Positions 6,636-15,588 of a stretch of DNA of 25,499 bases are shown one piece after another. Position 1 is the first letter of the stretch; every line of letters starts with the position of its first letter. The position numbers and the translations under genes were made by a program. The notes under the pieces were generated by a model. It worked only from the letters and a program-made list of their open reading frames with translations, was not told the origin of the DNA and searched no databases. The stretch lies in IMG/VR virus record IMGVR_UViG_3300038829_000041, positions 1-25,499 of that record; one strand, 5' to 3'. Source of the stretch: a virus (Duplodnaviria > Caudoviricetes).

Positions 6636-8830
6636 TGGCTACCACCTACGGTTCACCTCCCGTTCCCACCGAACCCGGCGCTGACGTAGCAGCCGTCGCC
6701 CCCGCGTTAGAGGCTGGTGGAATCGACGTAATCGCGCCTCCTGTCACGACCACGCCCCAGTATCAGGTCATGGGCGAGGAGCGCATTCTTGTCTCCAAGT
6801 CCGTTGGTCCTATGTGGAAGGGCCGTGTCAAAGCAGGTGAGAAGGCGAGAAAGAAGTTCGAGGATGCTTGGAAAGAAGCTGTCAGCTACTATCAGAACGA
6901 TCAAACTTCTCATCGTACTGGTGATGGTCCGCACCGCGCAGGGAATCGTGCATCTCGCCAACTTAATAATGCGTTCTACGAAACAGAGAATGTAGTCTTT
7001 TCGAACACCACGATCCTCCTCCCTAGGTTGTATCCTAAGAATCCGCGCGTGGAAGTCACTGCGAATACAGACGAGGGCAAGCCTTTCGAGCGCTATGTCG
7101 AGCGGTTGTTGAATGCCCTTGCCGTGACAAAAGAAAGTCCTGGCTTGAATCTCAAGCCCAAGGCCCGTCGCGCTGTGTTGACTAGTCTCCTGACCAACAT
7201 CTCCTGGTTCATGGTCGGGTACAACCAGCGCGAAGAGACAAACGCCGTTACGCAACAGCAGCTCCAGGACCTCGCCAAAGAATACGAAGAGGCCAAAGAC
7301 GCCGTTACCATCAAAGAGATCGAAGGCAAACTGCGGGCGATAGAAGAAAAAACCGACCTCCTCTCGGAGCCCGGCCCCTTTGTACGTTTCTTCTCCCCCA
7401 CGCAAGTCGTTGTCGATCCGACCGCTAGCGAGCCTGACTTCTCCGACGCTGGTTGGATCGGCTACTGGGATTATGTTCCTACTGATGTCGTGCGCGCCAA
7501 ATATATGAAGAAGAAGGGAGGCGAGGACGGCAACAGAGCCCAATGGGAGAGCATCTACAAGCCCACTCACGTTGTCTGCGAGAACAAAGCCGAAGACGGA
7601 GATGAGTTCGATTTCTCTCTATTCAAGGACGCCTCAGACCACAGTGCCTACGGTTATGGCACTAAAGAAGCCTTCGAGAAGAACCTCGTCACGAAGTGTT
7701 GGTATATCTGGGACAAGGCCACTCGCCGAGTCTTCGTGTTTCATGACGCCGATTGGACATGGCCGCTGTGGGTCCTCGACGATCCATACAAACTCCCACG
7801 CTTCTTCCCCTTTGTCGCTCTCCGCTTCCATGAAGACGTAGAGGGTGGCTACAGTAAGGGCGAGGTGACGTACTACCTTGACCAGCAAGACGCCTTGAAC
7901 GAGATTCACGATGAGACGCGTCGTTGGCGCCAGTGGGTTCGTCGGCACATCATCTACAACTCCCTGAAGATGACCCAAGAGGAAGCCGAGAAGCTCCTCA
8001 AAGGCGACGATAATAGCGCTGTCGGTGTCAAGCTGCCAGAAGGCGCCAAGATCGAAGACCTGATCGGCTCGATGAAGCCCCCGTCGATGCAGTTCGACAA
8101 GGTGTTCGATTCCGAGCGCATCCTGGCATCCATCGCACGTCAATCTTCTGTCCCCGAGGTCTTGCGCGGCGCCCAGTTCAAAACCAACACCACGAACAAG
8201 GCCATCGAAGAATACAACTCCCGCGATAACATCCGTTTCGGCGAGCGCGTAGATGCGATTGAAGACTTCATCGGCGACACGATGTCCATGGTCGGCCACC
8301 TTGTGCTTCAGTTCATGTCTGCTGAAGAAGTCGCCCGGTTCGTTACCATGCCCCCGGAGGCGCCCTGGCAAAACCTTCCCGCTGACCAAATCCGTTCGCT
8401 CTTCACCTTCCAAGTCGTAGGTGGCTCTAGCCAGAAGCCGACCAGCGAGACCAAGAAAGAAGAAGCCCTGCGTGTTGGGCAGATTCTCGGGCAGTTCGCC
8501 TCCGCGAGCCCCGCTGCTATCCTTGTCGCCCTCCGCGTCTTCGAGCAAGCCTTCGATGAGGTCGTTATCAAGAGCGAAGACTGGGCCTTGATCTATCAGT
8601 CCATCGCTCAACAGATGCAGCCCGAACAACCGGCGGAACAACCTCCGGCTGAAGACCCTGGTCCTCCTGGTGGTGACGTAGCCCCGGATGAAGCTAAAGT
8701 CGCACATGATGTGCGGCAACGAATCAACGCTCTGCCTCCCGAGGGCAAGCAGGCGCTAGAGAAACTAGTTCAAGCGGGTGTTCCGCCTGGACAGGCCCTT
8801 CAACGTGTTTCCCAAGGAGCACAGACCTAA
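6635..8830 (+). CDS. Portal protein
   Basis: 731 aa directly after TerL (TAATG coupling), with portal-like size and a Q/P-rich C-terminal tail. Confidence 0.85.
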   Translation: MATTYGSPPVPTEPGADVAAVAPALEAGGIDVIAPPVTTTPQYQVMGEERILVSKSVGPMWKGRVKAGEKARKKFEDAWKEAVSYYQNDQTSHRTGDGPHRAGNRASRQLNNAFYETENVVFSNTTILLPRLYPKNPRVEVTANTDEGKPFERYVERLLNALAVTKESPGLNLKPKARRAVLTSLLTNISWFMVGYNQREETNAVTQQQLQDLAKEYEEAKDAVTIKEIEGKLRAIEEKTDLLSEPGPFVRFFSPTQVVVDPTASEPDFSDAGWIGYWDYVPTDVVRAKYMKKKGGEDGNRAQWESIYKPTHVVCENKAEDGDEFDFSLFKDASDHSAYGYGTKEAFEKNLVTKCWYIWDKATRRVFVFHDADWTWPLWVLDDPYKLPRFFPFVALRFHEDVEGGYSKGEVTYYLDQQDALNEIHDETRRWRQWVRRHIIYNSLKMTQEEAEKLLKGDDNSAVGVKLPEGAKIEDLIGSMKPPSMQFDKVFDSERILASIARQSSVPEVLRGAQFKTNTTNKAIEEYNSRDNIRFGERVDAIEDFIGDTMSMVGHLVLQFMSAEEVARFVTMPPEAPWQNLPADQIRSLFTFQVVGGSSQKPTSETKKEEALRVGQILGQFASASPAAILVALRVFEQAFDEVVIKSEDWALIYQSIAQQMQPEQPAEQPPAEDPGPPGGDVAPDEAKVAHDVRQRINALPPEGKQALEKLVQAGVPPGQALQRVSQGAQT

Positions 8831-9915
8831 TGCCTACTAACAAGTCAGACGACTTTGACCTCGATCAGCAGATCGAAGCAGACAAGAGTGGCGAAAACGA
8901 CACGCCCGTAGCGGGTGTTGATGGCGTCCAGACGGACGCCGCCGAGAAGGAACTCTCCGAGAAGCTCGATAAGATGCTTGCCGGAGAAGACGACCAAACA
9001 GGCGCCGAGGAGCATCCGCACCCTGACGCCAAAAAGACGCCTGCTGCCAAGGAAAAGACTCCTGCTGCCACTCCTGCGACAAATCAGCGCACCGGACAAC
9101 ATTCCTATGGTGCCGATGGCTCTGTTATCGGCCCCGATGGCAAGGTCATCGCTAAACAGGGCGCCGAACGCCGTCACTGGGAGCGTTCCCGTCAGCAGGA
9201 ACAGCGTGCTATCGCTGCCGAACGGTCAGTTTCTGAGCTAAATCAACGGGTTGCCCAAGCCGAGGCTGTCCTTCATGCTGGCAAAGAGCTTGCTCTCTCT
9301 GCCGACGAACAGCTCTCCTCGCTGAAGCTCTTTGGCTGGTTCAAGCGCGAACCCGAGGCCATGCTAAAATGGCTCTTGACAGAGGCCCAGTCTAGGGGGT
9401 ATAATATGAATACAATCCTGGGACAAGAATCCCAGGGTGTGAATATCGAAGCGGTCACGAGGGCTGTTCAGCAGCAACTCAAGCCGCTGGTTGATCGACA
9501 CCAGGAGCAGGCCCGTTGGGACAAAGCGTCCAACGATGCCTCTAAAGAACTCAACGACTTCTACTCCGAGTTCCCGAACGCTCCTGTGCACGAACAGCAG
9601 CTCGCCAATCTTATGTCGGGCTTCGAACAGAAATACGGTCGAACCCTCAGTCTTCGCGAGGCGTATCTGTACTTGGAGAATTGGGCAGTCCGCGAGGGCC
9701 TCGATGTCTCCCGTCCCCTGGAGCCACAAGTCGAAGCTCGGCAAGCCGGTAAGACTCTCGCTGCTGCGAGGCGTCCTGCTAACAACTTCCCGAGAGGCCG
9801 TGGTGGTCCGGTAGAGACCGTTAAGGAAGCCCCTGGCTCCTTCAACGAGTTCAGCTACGATAGCATCGTGTCAAGCGCAATGAAAGAGTCCGGCCTGGAC
9901 CCTAAGCGCTTTTAA
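8830..9915 (+). CDS. Capsid scaffolding protein
   Basis: Located between portal and capsid. Acidic disordered N-terminus, coiled coil, short C-terminal helix. Confidence 0.75.
   Translation: MPTNKSDDFDLDQQIEADKSGENDTPVAGVDGVQTDAAEKELSEKLDKMLAGEDDQTGAEEHPHPDAKKTPAAKEKTPAATPATNQRTGQHSYGADGSVIGPDGKVIAKQGAERRHWERSRQQEQRAIAAERSVSELNQRVAQAEAVLHAGKELALSADEQLSSLKLFGWFKREPEAMLKWLLTEAQSRGYNMNTILGQESQGVNIEAVTRAVQQQLKPLVDRHQEQARWDKASNDASKELNDFYSEFPNAPVHEQQLANLMSGFEQKYGRTLSLREAYLYLENWAVREGLDVSRPLEPQVEARQAGKTLAAARRPANNFPRGRGGPVETVKEAPGSFNEFSYDSIVSSAMKESGLDPKRF
9376..9405 (+). promoter_or_regulatory. Internal sigma70-type promoter inside the scaffold gene
   Basis: Perfect hexamers: TTGACA 9376-9381, 18 nt spacer, TATAAT 9400-9405. 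Preceded by CTC, as at 1481 and 1809. Confidence 0.7.
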
Positions 9916-9932
9916 CAGATTGAGGATTTCAA

Positions 9933-10886
9933 ATGGCGGTTCTTGATACCGTCTTGTACTCGACCATGCAGAAGAGCCGTAAAAAGCTCATCATGGCGTC
10001 GATCAAGGCAAATGCCCTTATGGCTTGGGCGTTCGCGAATGACCGTGTGGAATACGAGGATGGTGGCCGTCATATCACCAACCCGCTGACCATCGGTCGC
10101 AACCCGAACGTGTCTAGCTATCAATACTACAATCAGCTTCCTATCGCCCAGACGAGCGAGTTCACTCAGATCGAGTACACTTGGGCTCGTGTCGCCGGTT
10201 CGGTCATCATCTCCGATCAGGAGCAGGATGAGAACAAAGGCGAAAGCGCTATCTTCAAGCTTGTCAAGGCGAAGATGGACGTTCTGGAAGAGTCGATCAA
10301 GGAAAAGTTCAGCATTTACCTGTATGGTTCGGGCACTGGTACCGACCCGCAGGGCCTTGCTGCACTGATCCCCGATGACCCGACCACGGGCACGTTGGGC
10401 GGAATCAACCGCGCCACCGAGACCCAGTGGCGTACTTCGGCCTATGACTTCAACGGCGGTATCGACGAAACCGTGATTGAGGAGGTCATGGACGACGTGC
10501 AGATGGACCTGTCGCCGAAGGGCGAGAAGGTCTCCGTGATCCTCGCCGGTCGCAACCTGATCCGCTACTATCGTGGTGCGGCTCGCGATAAGGTGGTCAT
10601 GGACATCGGTACTGGCAAGGCGGGCAAGCGGATGGCCGATCTCGGCTTCTCCGGTTTCACGCACAATGGCATCCCGATCATGTACGACGAAGATTGCAAC
10701 GTTGATAAGATGTACTTCATCAACGACAACTTCCTTCGCGTGCATATCCTGAAGCATGTCAACATGAAAGTCAAGGAACTCGTGGCCCCCTGGGACACGG
10801 ATGCGATTGGCAAGCGTGTTGTGTGGCAGGGCCAGTGGTGTCTTTGGAAGGCTTATCGGACCCACGCCGTAGTCATCAACTCGTAG
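9933..10886 (+). CDS. Major capsid protein (HK97-fold expected)
   Basis: 317 aa after the scaffold, GAGGA RBS, strongly biased codons, motifs GGRHITNPL, LYGSGTG..PQGLAALI and GTLGGINR resembling phage MCPs. Confidence 0.9.
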   Translation: MAVLDTVLYSTMQKSRKKLIMASIKANALMAWAFANDRVEYEDGGRHITNPLTIGRNPNVSSYQYYNQLPIAQTSEFTQIEYTWARVAGSVIISDQEQDENKGESAIFKLVKAKMDVLEESIKEKFSIYLYGSGTGTDPQGLAALIPDDPTTGTLGGINRATETQWRTSAYDFNGGIDETVIEEVMDDVQMDLSPKGEKVSVILAGRNLIRYYRGAARDKVVMDIGTGKAGKRMADLGFSGFTHNGIPIMYDEDCNVDKMYFINDNFLRVHILKHVNMKVKELVAPWDTDAIGKRVVWQGQWCLWKAYRTHAVVINS

Positions 10887-10892
10887 GAAATC

Positions 10893-11201
10893 ATGCCTCA
10901 AATTGAGCAAGCATACGAAGTCGAAAAGCTTCCTGGTGAAGTTTCTGTAGAAATCTGCAAGATCGAGCATGTCGCGATTCCGGGCAAGGATGGCAAGACC
11001 CGTCCTCAGATCATCCGGCAGACCGTCAAGCAGCCTGCGGGTTATATGGTATACTTCCCCAGGGGGCATTCCTTCCGTGTTGCTACGCTAGAGAAGCTCC
11101 GTGAGTTGGGCCTCGCGCCCGACGGAGCCCCTCTTGTTGATATGGACACTGGGCAGCTTCTGCCCAAGCTCTCTCTTAAATCGCGCACTCAACGCGCCTA
11201 G
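10893..11201 (+). CDS. Hypothetical protein of the head module (102 aa)
   Basis: AGGA RBS overlapping the MCP stop. Fills the gap between MCP and decoration gene. Confidence 0.75.
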   Translation: MPQIEQAYEVEKLPGEVSVEICKIEHVAIPGKDGKTRPQIIRQTVKQPAGYMVYFPRGHSFRVATLEKLRELGLAPDGAPLVDMDTGQLLPKLSLKSRTQRA

Positions 11202-11218
11202 AAACCGGAACTGAGTAA

Positions 11219-12247
11219 ATGGCACAGCGCATTCAACCTGACTATAATCCTAAGGGCTTCAGCCGCTATGTTAGCGGCGCGGCCTACGTCGGCGACGTGC
11301 ATCGTGGGCAGACAGTGATTGTCAACCTTGGTGCTCCTGCGGCTCTCGACGCCAACGGCATCTACAACGATCTTTCGGTTGCCACGGCGGGCACCTTCTC
11401 GACTTTCGAGACGACTTACGACGCGGTGAACGGCCTCTCTGGCCGCTACGGTCGTTGCGTCACGATGGTCGCTTCGGGCGCGGCTACGAGCACTGTTCGT
11501 GTTCGCGGCTACGATTGGCTCGGGCAGGCTATGTCCGAGTTGTTCACTCTCAATGGCACTACGACTGTTATCGGTGTCAAGGCGTTCAAGTACATCTCGG
11601 CTGTCGTGGTCGTCACGGTGACGGCTGCTACTACCATTGATGTGGGTTGGAACGACAGACTTGGCCTGCCGTATAAGGCCCTTGACATGGCTCGCTGTTA
11701 TGAAGACGGCGTGATGCTCTCGTTCGGTAACGAAGGCATTGCCATCGTCACGACTGCCGGTGTCGAAGCTGGAGCTGGTACGACTGCGGCGACCCTTACG
11801 GTCCCGTTCGACGGCTGGTACATGGGCTCGACCTGGGACGTGACGACTGCGCAGGCGACGACGCTTTGTACGATTGATTTCATCTACGACGGCACTGGTA
11901 CTGCGGCGCTCGACTTCATCGTGCCCGCGACCGAAGCTATCGGTGAAGGCGGTGGTGAACTGAAGGCCCCGGCAGATTTTCTGGCCGTGGTCGGCGGGCG
12001 CACTATCACGCTTACGTCCGATGGTGCCGGTGATACTGGCGTCATCACGGTCCATTCATACTTCACTAAAGGCAAGCCGGGTTCGGCTTGGGTCAAGGCG
12101 GTTACAACCGATCCTCAGACCCAGACGACCCGCGACCCGCGTGGTCTCTACATTCCGTTGACGGCGTGCGATGGCACGATTGTCTACGAAGTCGAGTTCA
12201 TGCCGGATTATGACAATACCTTCGGTGTTGCTCATAACTTCGCCTAA
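11219..12247 (+). CDS. Probable capsid decoration/cement (abundant virion) protein
   Basis: T/A/G/V-rich beta composition. GYDWLGQAMSE, GVKAFK, LGLPYK and TTRDPRGLY motifs are recalled from post-capsid structural proteins. Followed by a terminator. Confidence 0.65.
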   Translation: MAQRIQPDYNPKGFSRYVSGAAYVGDVHRGQTVIVNLGAPAALDANGIYNDLSVATAGTFSTFETTYDAVNGLSGRYGRCVTMVASGAATSTVRVRGYDWLGQAMSELFTLNGTTTVIGVKAFKYISAVVVVTVTAATTIDVGWNDRLGLPYKALDMARCYEDGVMLSFGNEGIAIVTTAGVEAGAGTTAATLTVPFDGWYMGSTWDVTTAQATTLCTIDFIYDGTGTAALDFIVPATEAIGEGGGELKAPADFLAVVGGRTITLTSDGAGDTGVITVHSYFTKGKPGSAWVKAVTTDPQTQTTRDPRGLYIPLTACDGTIVYEVEFMPDYDNTFGVAHNFA

Positions 12248-12252
12248 AGGAT

Positions 12253-12282
12253 TAAAGAGGAGGGTGAAAACCCTCCTCTTTA
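12253..12282 (+). terminator. Intrinsic terminator (possibly bidirectional) after the head genes
   Basis: Perfect 13-bp stem TAAAGAGGAGGGT / ACCCTCCTCTTTA with a GAAA loop, 5 nt after the stop codon. Confidence 0.85.
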
Positions 12283-12291
12283 GCTCTTATT

Positions 12292-12525
12292 ATGGAACCA
12301 CTTAGCTTATTGCTTAGGCTTCTTACACAACGGCGTATGGAGGACCCCCGAGACATAATGGGGGAAGGATATGGTTTGTCAGACAAGCCAAATTCCTTGT
12401 ATAAAGAAATTCCTATGCCTGAGTACAAAGTCGATCCTAATATTATGATGCCGCCAGGCTCTGATGTTTTTGATGAACATCAGATGGATCGAATACTTAC
12501 GCTACAACGGAAGGGGCACTTTTAA
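12292..12525 (+). CDS. Hypothetical protein (77 aa)
   Basis: Fills the gap and is TAATG-coupled to the next gene. More AT-rich than neighbours, weak RBS, start uncertain. Confidence 0.5.
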   Translation: MEPLSLLLRLLTQRRMEDPRDIMGEGYGLSDKPNSLYKEIPMPEYKVDPNIMMPPGSDVFDEHQMDRILTLQRKGHF

Positions 12526-13193
12526 TGGCCTTCCCCACTTTCGGGTCGCTGATAGAAGGCGTCCAAACGCGTCTATCCGAAGTGGTTGGCACAGCAGCGA
12601 ACCTCTACTCGGAAGAACTTCTCGGCGCCTACGTGCAGGATGCCTTCGATCTTGTCTTTGATAAGGTCTGGGTGCCGGAGTATATAGTGTATTTGGAGCG
12701 TACGTTAGATGGTTCGACTGGTATCGTTACAGCCGACATTGCTGACACTACTCAGAGTGAATATATCGCATTCTTCAAAGACATCCGCGCGGTCTTTCCA
12801 GACAATAGCGACAAGATTCTACCTCTTCTGCCTACACGCATCAACCCGTTTGAGCTAGTCGGCAGTTATCCGAGGTACGTCTCTCCTCGCGCCGGTAACA
12901 GGCTGATAAAAATCTGGCCTGTTGCGTCTACAGGCAACATCCACATCATCGGTCGCCAGCGGCCCCTCGCCTTCGACACGGACGACACCGTGAAGATGGA
13001 TCGTTTGCTGCTGACGCTTGGCGCTTGCTGGCTCGCGATGGAGAGTGACTCCACGAGCCCTGGTGCAGCCGAGATGTTCCAGCGTCTCTACACGAGTCGC
13101 TTCGAAACGGAGATGTCGAACTATCAGAACTTGCCTATTGAGCTTGCCCCGCACAGTGTCTCTTATCCTGTGCAGTGGGAGGAGTATCGTTAG
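12525..13193 (+). CDS. Head-tail adaptor (tail tubular A / P22 gp4-like position)
   Basis: 222 aa with helical N- and C-termini and a beta-rich middle (IKIWP), directly before the nozzle-like gene. Confidence 0.65.
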   Translation: MAFPTFGSLIEGVQTRLSEVVGTAANLYSEELLGAYVQDAFDLVFDKVWVPEYIVYLERTLDGSTGIVTADIADTTQSEYIAFFKDIRAVFPDNSDKILPLLPTRINPFELVGSYPRYVSPRAGNRLIKIWPVASTGNIHIIGRQRPLAFDTDDTVKMDRLLLTLGACWLAMESDSTSPGAAEMFQRLYTSRFETEMSNYQNLPIELAPHSVSYPVQWEEYR

Positions 13194-15004
13194 TGCTCCG
13201 TCAGCAGCTCAAACGCCGTGAACGCCAAGGTCAAGTCACCACCGTCCGAGATTTCAAGGGCGGCTGGAACATCGTGGACAACGAGTTCAATATGTCCCCG
13301 AGGTACAGTCGTGTCTTGCGGAATGCTCTGCGCCAGACAGATGGCACCATCGGCCCTCGCTGGGGCACAGAGTGGTTCGCGAGTATCGAGTCCCTTGGCA
13401 TCGGCAAGATCATCAACATGGAGTACTATAACACCTATCTTGTTGGTGTGACTTCTCATGGGGCTGTGTTTGCCGTAAACGGTCAAGGGACGATCTTTGA
13501 AATCTGGAATGAAGACATTGCACACGGGCAGGCTGGCTCTCCGCATTCATGGCACCACAGCAGTACGCCTAATCTAACCTTTGCGTCACTGACACCATTC
13601 AAGAACAAGCTTGTCATCTGTAACGGCATCGACAAGCCACTGGTTGTAGACAAATATCTCAACGTACAGTATCTGTACGATTTAGCTACTGGTAGCAACC
13701 TCAACACGCCTATCGGGCGCTATGCCGCTGCCGCTGTAGGCGACGACTTCGGCTACTTTGTCATTGCAGGTGATCCTCTAAATCCTGCTCTGTTGCATAT
13801 TGGCCATGCCGATGCACTTGGCACGTTCCTTGGCGATGCCGCCCCGAACGACGCCGTGCAATTCAACCTTAGCTCTAAAGTCACCAATGGCAGTGACATT
13901 ATTCGTGGTATCAAGTTCTATCGAGATCGCCTCGTCGTAGGCTTCGATGAGGTCGTGATCGCTGTTCAAGTCGGGGTCTATAACACTGCGGGCACTGTCC
14001 ATCAGCCCATCGTCACGGATGTCATCGAGGGCTTCGGCTGCGTAAGCCACCGCACCATGCACGCCTTGGTCGAAGACATCTTCATGGCGAGCAACCACAA
14101 CGTGAACTATATCACGCGCGCCAAGTTGTCAACAAGTCTTGTCGGTGAAGATGCTGGCGAACTGATCCAGCCTGAGATACAAAAGGCACTACAGTCTCTC
14201 TCTGAAGGCACACTTGAAGATCGTGTCTTTGCGGTCAACAATCCTAACGAAAAACAGTGGATGCTTTTCGTGCCTAACCACGATGAGTACGACTATACAA
14301 CTGAGAGTCGTGGTTTCATTTATACCGTAGGCCGTCCTGGTGCTTGGGCGGAAGCAAAGTATTGGAATTGGCGTGCGGGCTGTGCGACGCTACAGAACAA
14401 CGTTTTCTTCGCTTCAGACTACGACATCTTTCGCTACGGCAAAGAAGCTAATCCTCTGTATCGTGAGTACGTGAACGATCAAGAGACCTTTAGCGACGAT
14501 ACCAAGTTCACCGATCATACCGGCTTCTACCCTTACGGCGACGACAGCGGCCTTCCGATTACTTGGGCTTGGGAACTCCCGTGGGCCGACTTCGACAAGC
14601 GCATGTCCTTGAAGAAGTCTACGTTCTTTTCCGTCGATGCTTCGGGTGCTGGTCAATTTATAGCGAAGATGTTCATCGACGATACCTACAATGACTTCAC
14701 CGACCCCGGTGAAGACCACACTGACGGCTATCTCTTCGATGACGATCTTGGCTACGTTCGTGAAGACTCTCTTCTCCTGCCCGCCCTGTCACAAAACTTC
14801 GTCGGTGGCGGCCAAGGCGGCTACGGCGTGGACGGATACGGCCAAAATCAATTCGGCGGCGGGCATCGCTCGAACCTTCCGAAGAACTATCGCTGGCCTG
14901 CTCGATTCAAGATTGGCAAGTTGCGTTTTGAAGGCGATACCATGGAGAATCTGAGAATCGCTGCCTTCTCGATCTCGTACACCAATGGCAGCTTGAGGCG
15001 TTAA
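13193..15004 (+). CDS. Tail nozzle / packaged-DNA stabilisation protein (P22 gp10 or tail tubular B-like)
   Basis: About 600 aa, beta-propeller-like, N-terminal FKGGWN...N.L...DG.I..RWG pattern. Likely GTG start at 13193 after GGAGGAG. Confidence 0.75.
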   Translation: MLRQQLKRRERQGQVTTVRDFKGGWNIVDNEFNMSPRYSRVLRNALRQTDGTIGPRWGTEWFASIESLGIGKIINMEYYNTYLVGVTSHGAVFAVNGQGTIFEIWNEDIAHGQAGSPHSWHHSSTPNLTFASLTPFKNKLVICNGIDKPLVVDKYLNVQYLYDLATGSNLNTPIGRYAAAAVGDDFGYFVIAGDPLNPALLHIGHADALGTFLGDAAPNDAVQFNLSSKVTNGSDIIRGIKFYRDRLVVGFDEVVIAVQVGVYNTAGTVHQPIVTDVIEGFGCVSHRTMHALVEDIFMASNHNVNYITRAKLSTSLVGEDAGELIQPEIQKALQSLSEGTLEDRVFAVNNPNEKQWMLFVPNHDEYDYTTESRGFIYTVGRPGAWAEAKYWNWRAGCATLQNNVFFASDYDIFRYGKEANPLYREYVNDQETFSDDTKFTDHTGFYPYGDDSGLPITWAWELPWADFDKRMSLKKSTFFSVDASGAGQFIAKMFIDDTYNDFTDPGEDHTDGYLFDDDLGYVREDSLLLPALSQNFVGGGQGGYGVDGYGQNQFGGGHRSNLPKNYRWPARFKIGKLRFEGDTMENLRIAAFSISYTNGSLRR

Positions 15005-15178
15005 ATGGCAACATCATCCAGCATTGTAGCGACTGTTCCTGTGGACAACGTGAAAGTCCAGAAGAGCGACATGCGCGCGAACTTTCTCGCAGCGAAGAAC
15101 GAGATCAATCAGCTCTTCAAGGAAACTAGCCTTGGTTGGTTGATGGCGATTGGCTCCATCTCAACTAAAACTCTATAG
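15005..15178 (+). CDS. 57-aa protein resembling a stand-alone tail fibre N-terminal anchor (MATSSSIVATVP...MRANFLAAKNEINQL...)
   Basis: ATG immediately after the TAA of the nozzle gene, GAGG RBS, TAG at 15176-15178. Not in the ORF track. Confidence 0.7.
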   Translation: MATSSSIVATVPVDNVKVQKSDMRANFLAAKNEINQLFKETSLGWLMAIGSISTKTL

Positions 15179-15188
15179 AGGACTTCTT

Positions 15189-15587
15189 ATGGCTACTGTT
15201 ATTGGCGTTCTTGGTGAGGCTTCGGCTCTCACTGTCGCAACGACCACGGTGTATACTGTTCCTTCCGGTAAGGCTGCCAAAGTCAGCATCATGTATCGCT
15301 GTCAGGTAGGCGCTGGTGGTACAGGGACGTTGCTGGTGACGGTGAATGGTTGCGTTGTCTGGGCTAAAGCTGCGACGACTGCTTCACACTACATCTATTC
15401 GACGCCTAGCGCAAGTATGATTACCGGCGCCGCAGCTCCTACTGGCGCGTCTACTTCGACGACAGTGGCCCCTGGACCAGAGATTTATTATCTGTCCGCT
15501 GGTGATATTGTGTCATATACCCATGGTGGTGAAGCTGCAACCGCCATGACAATCCAAGTTGTCGGCACCGAAGTCGATGTGACGTAA
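15189..15587 (+). CDS. Small beta-sandwich virion/tail protein (132 aa)
   Basis: GAGGA RBS then ATG at 15189. TVYTVPSGK start and LSAGDIV...VVGTE end are typical of small phage jelly-roll proteins. Confidence 0.7.
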   Translation: MATVIGVLGEASALTVATTTVYTVPSGKAAKVSIMYRCQVGAGGTGTLLVTVNGCVVWAKAATTASHYIYSTPSASMITGAAAPTGASTSTTVAPGPEIYYLSAGDIVSYTHGGEAATAMTIQVVGTEVDVT

Positions 15588-15588
15588 G

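Noticed and set aside
5967-12055. Long minus-strand ORFs opposite TerL, portal, MCP and decoration genes (5967-6623, 6707-7570, 7634-8719, 9912-11069, 11198-12055)
   Set aside because: Antisense shadows caused by codon bias, with no motifs or expression signals.
12658-12688. TTGATA-17-TATATA in the adaptor gene
   Set aside because: Both boxes are imperfect and the conserved final T of the -10 is missing at 17 nt spacing. Too weak to call.
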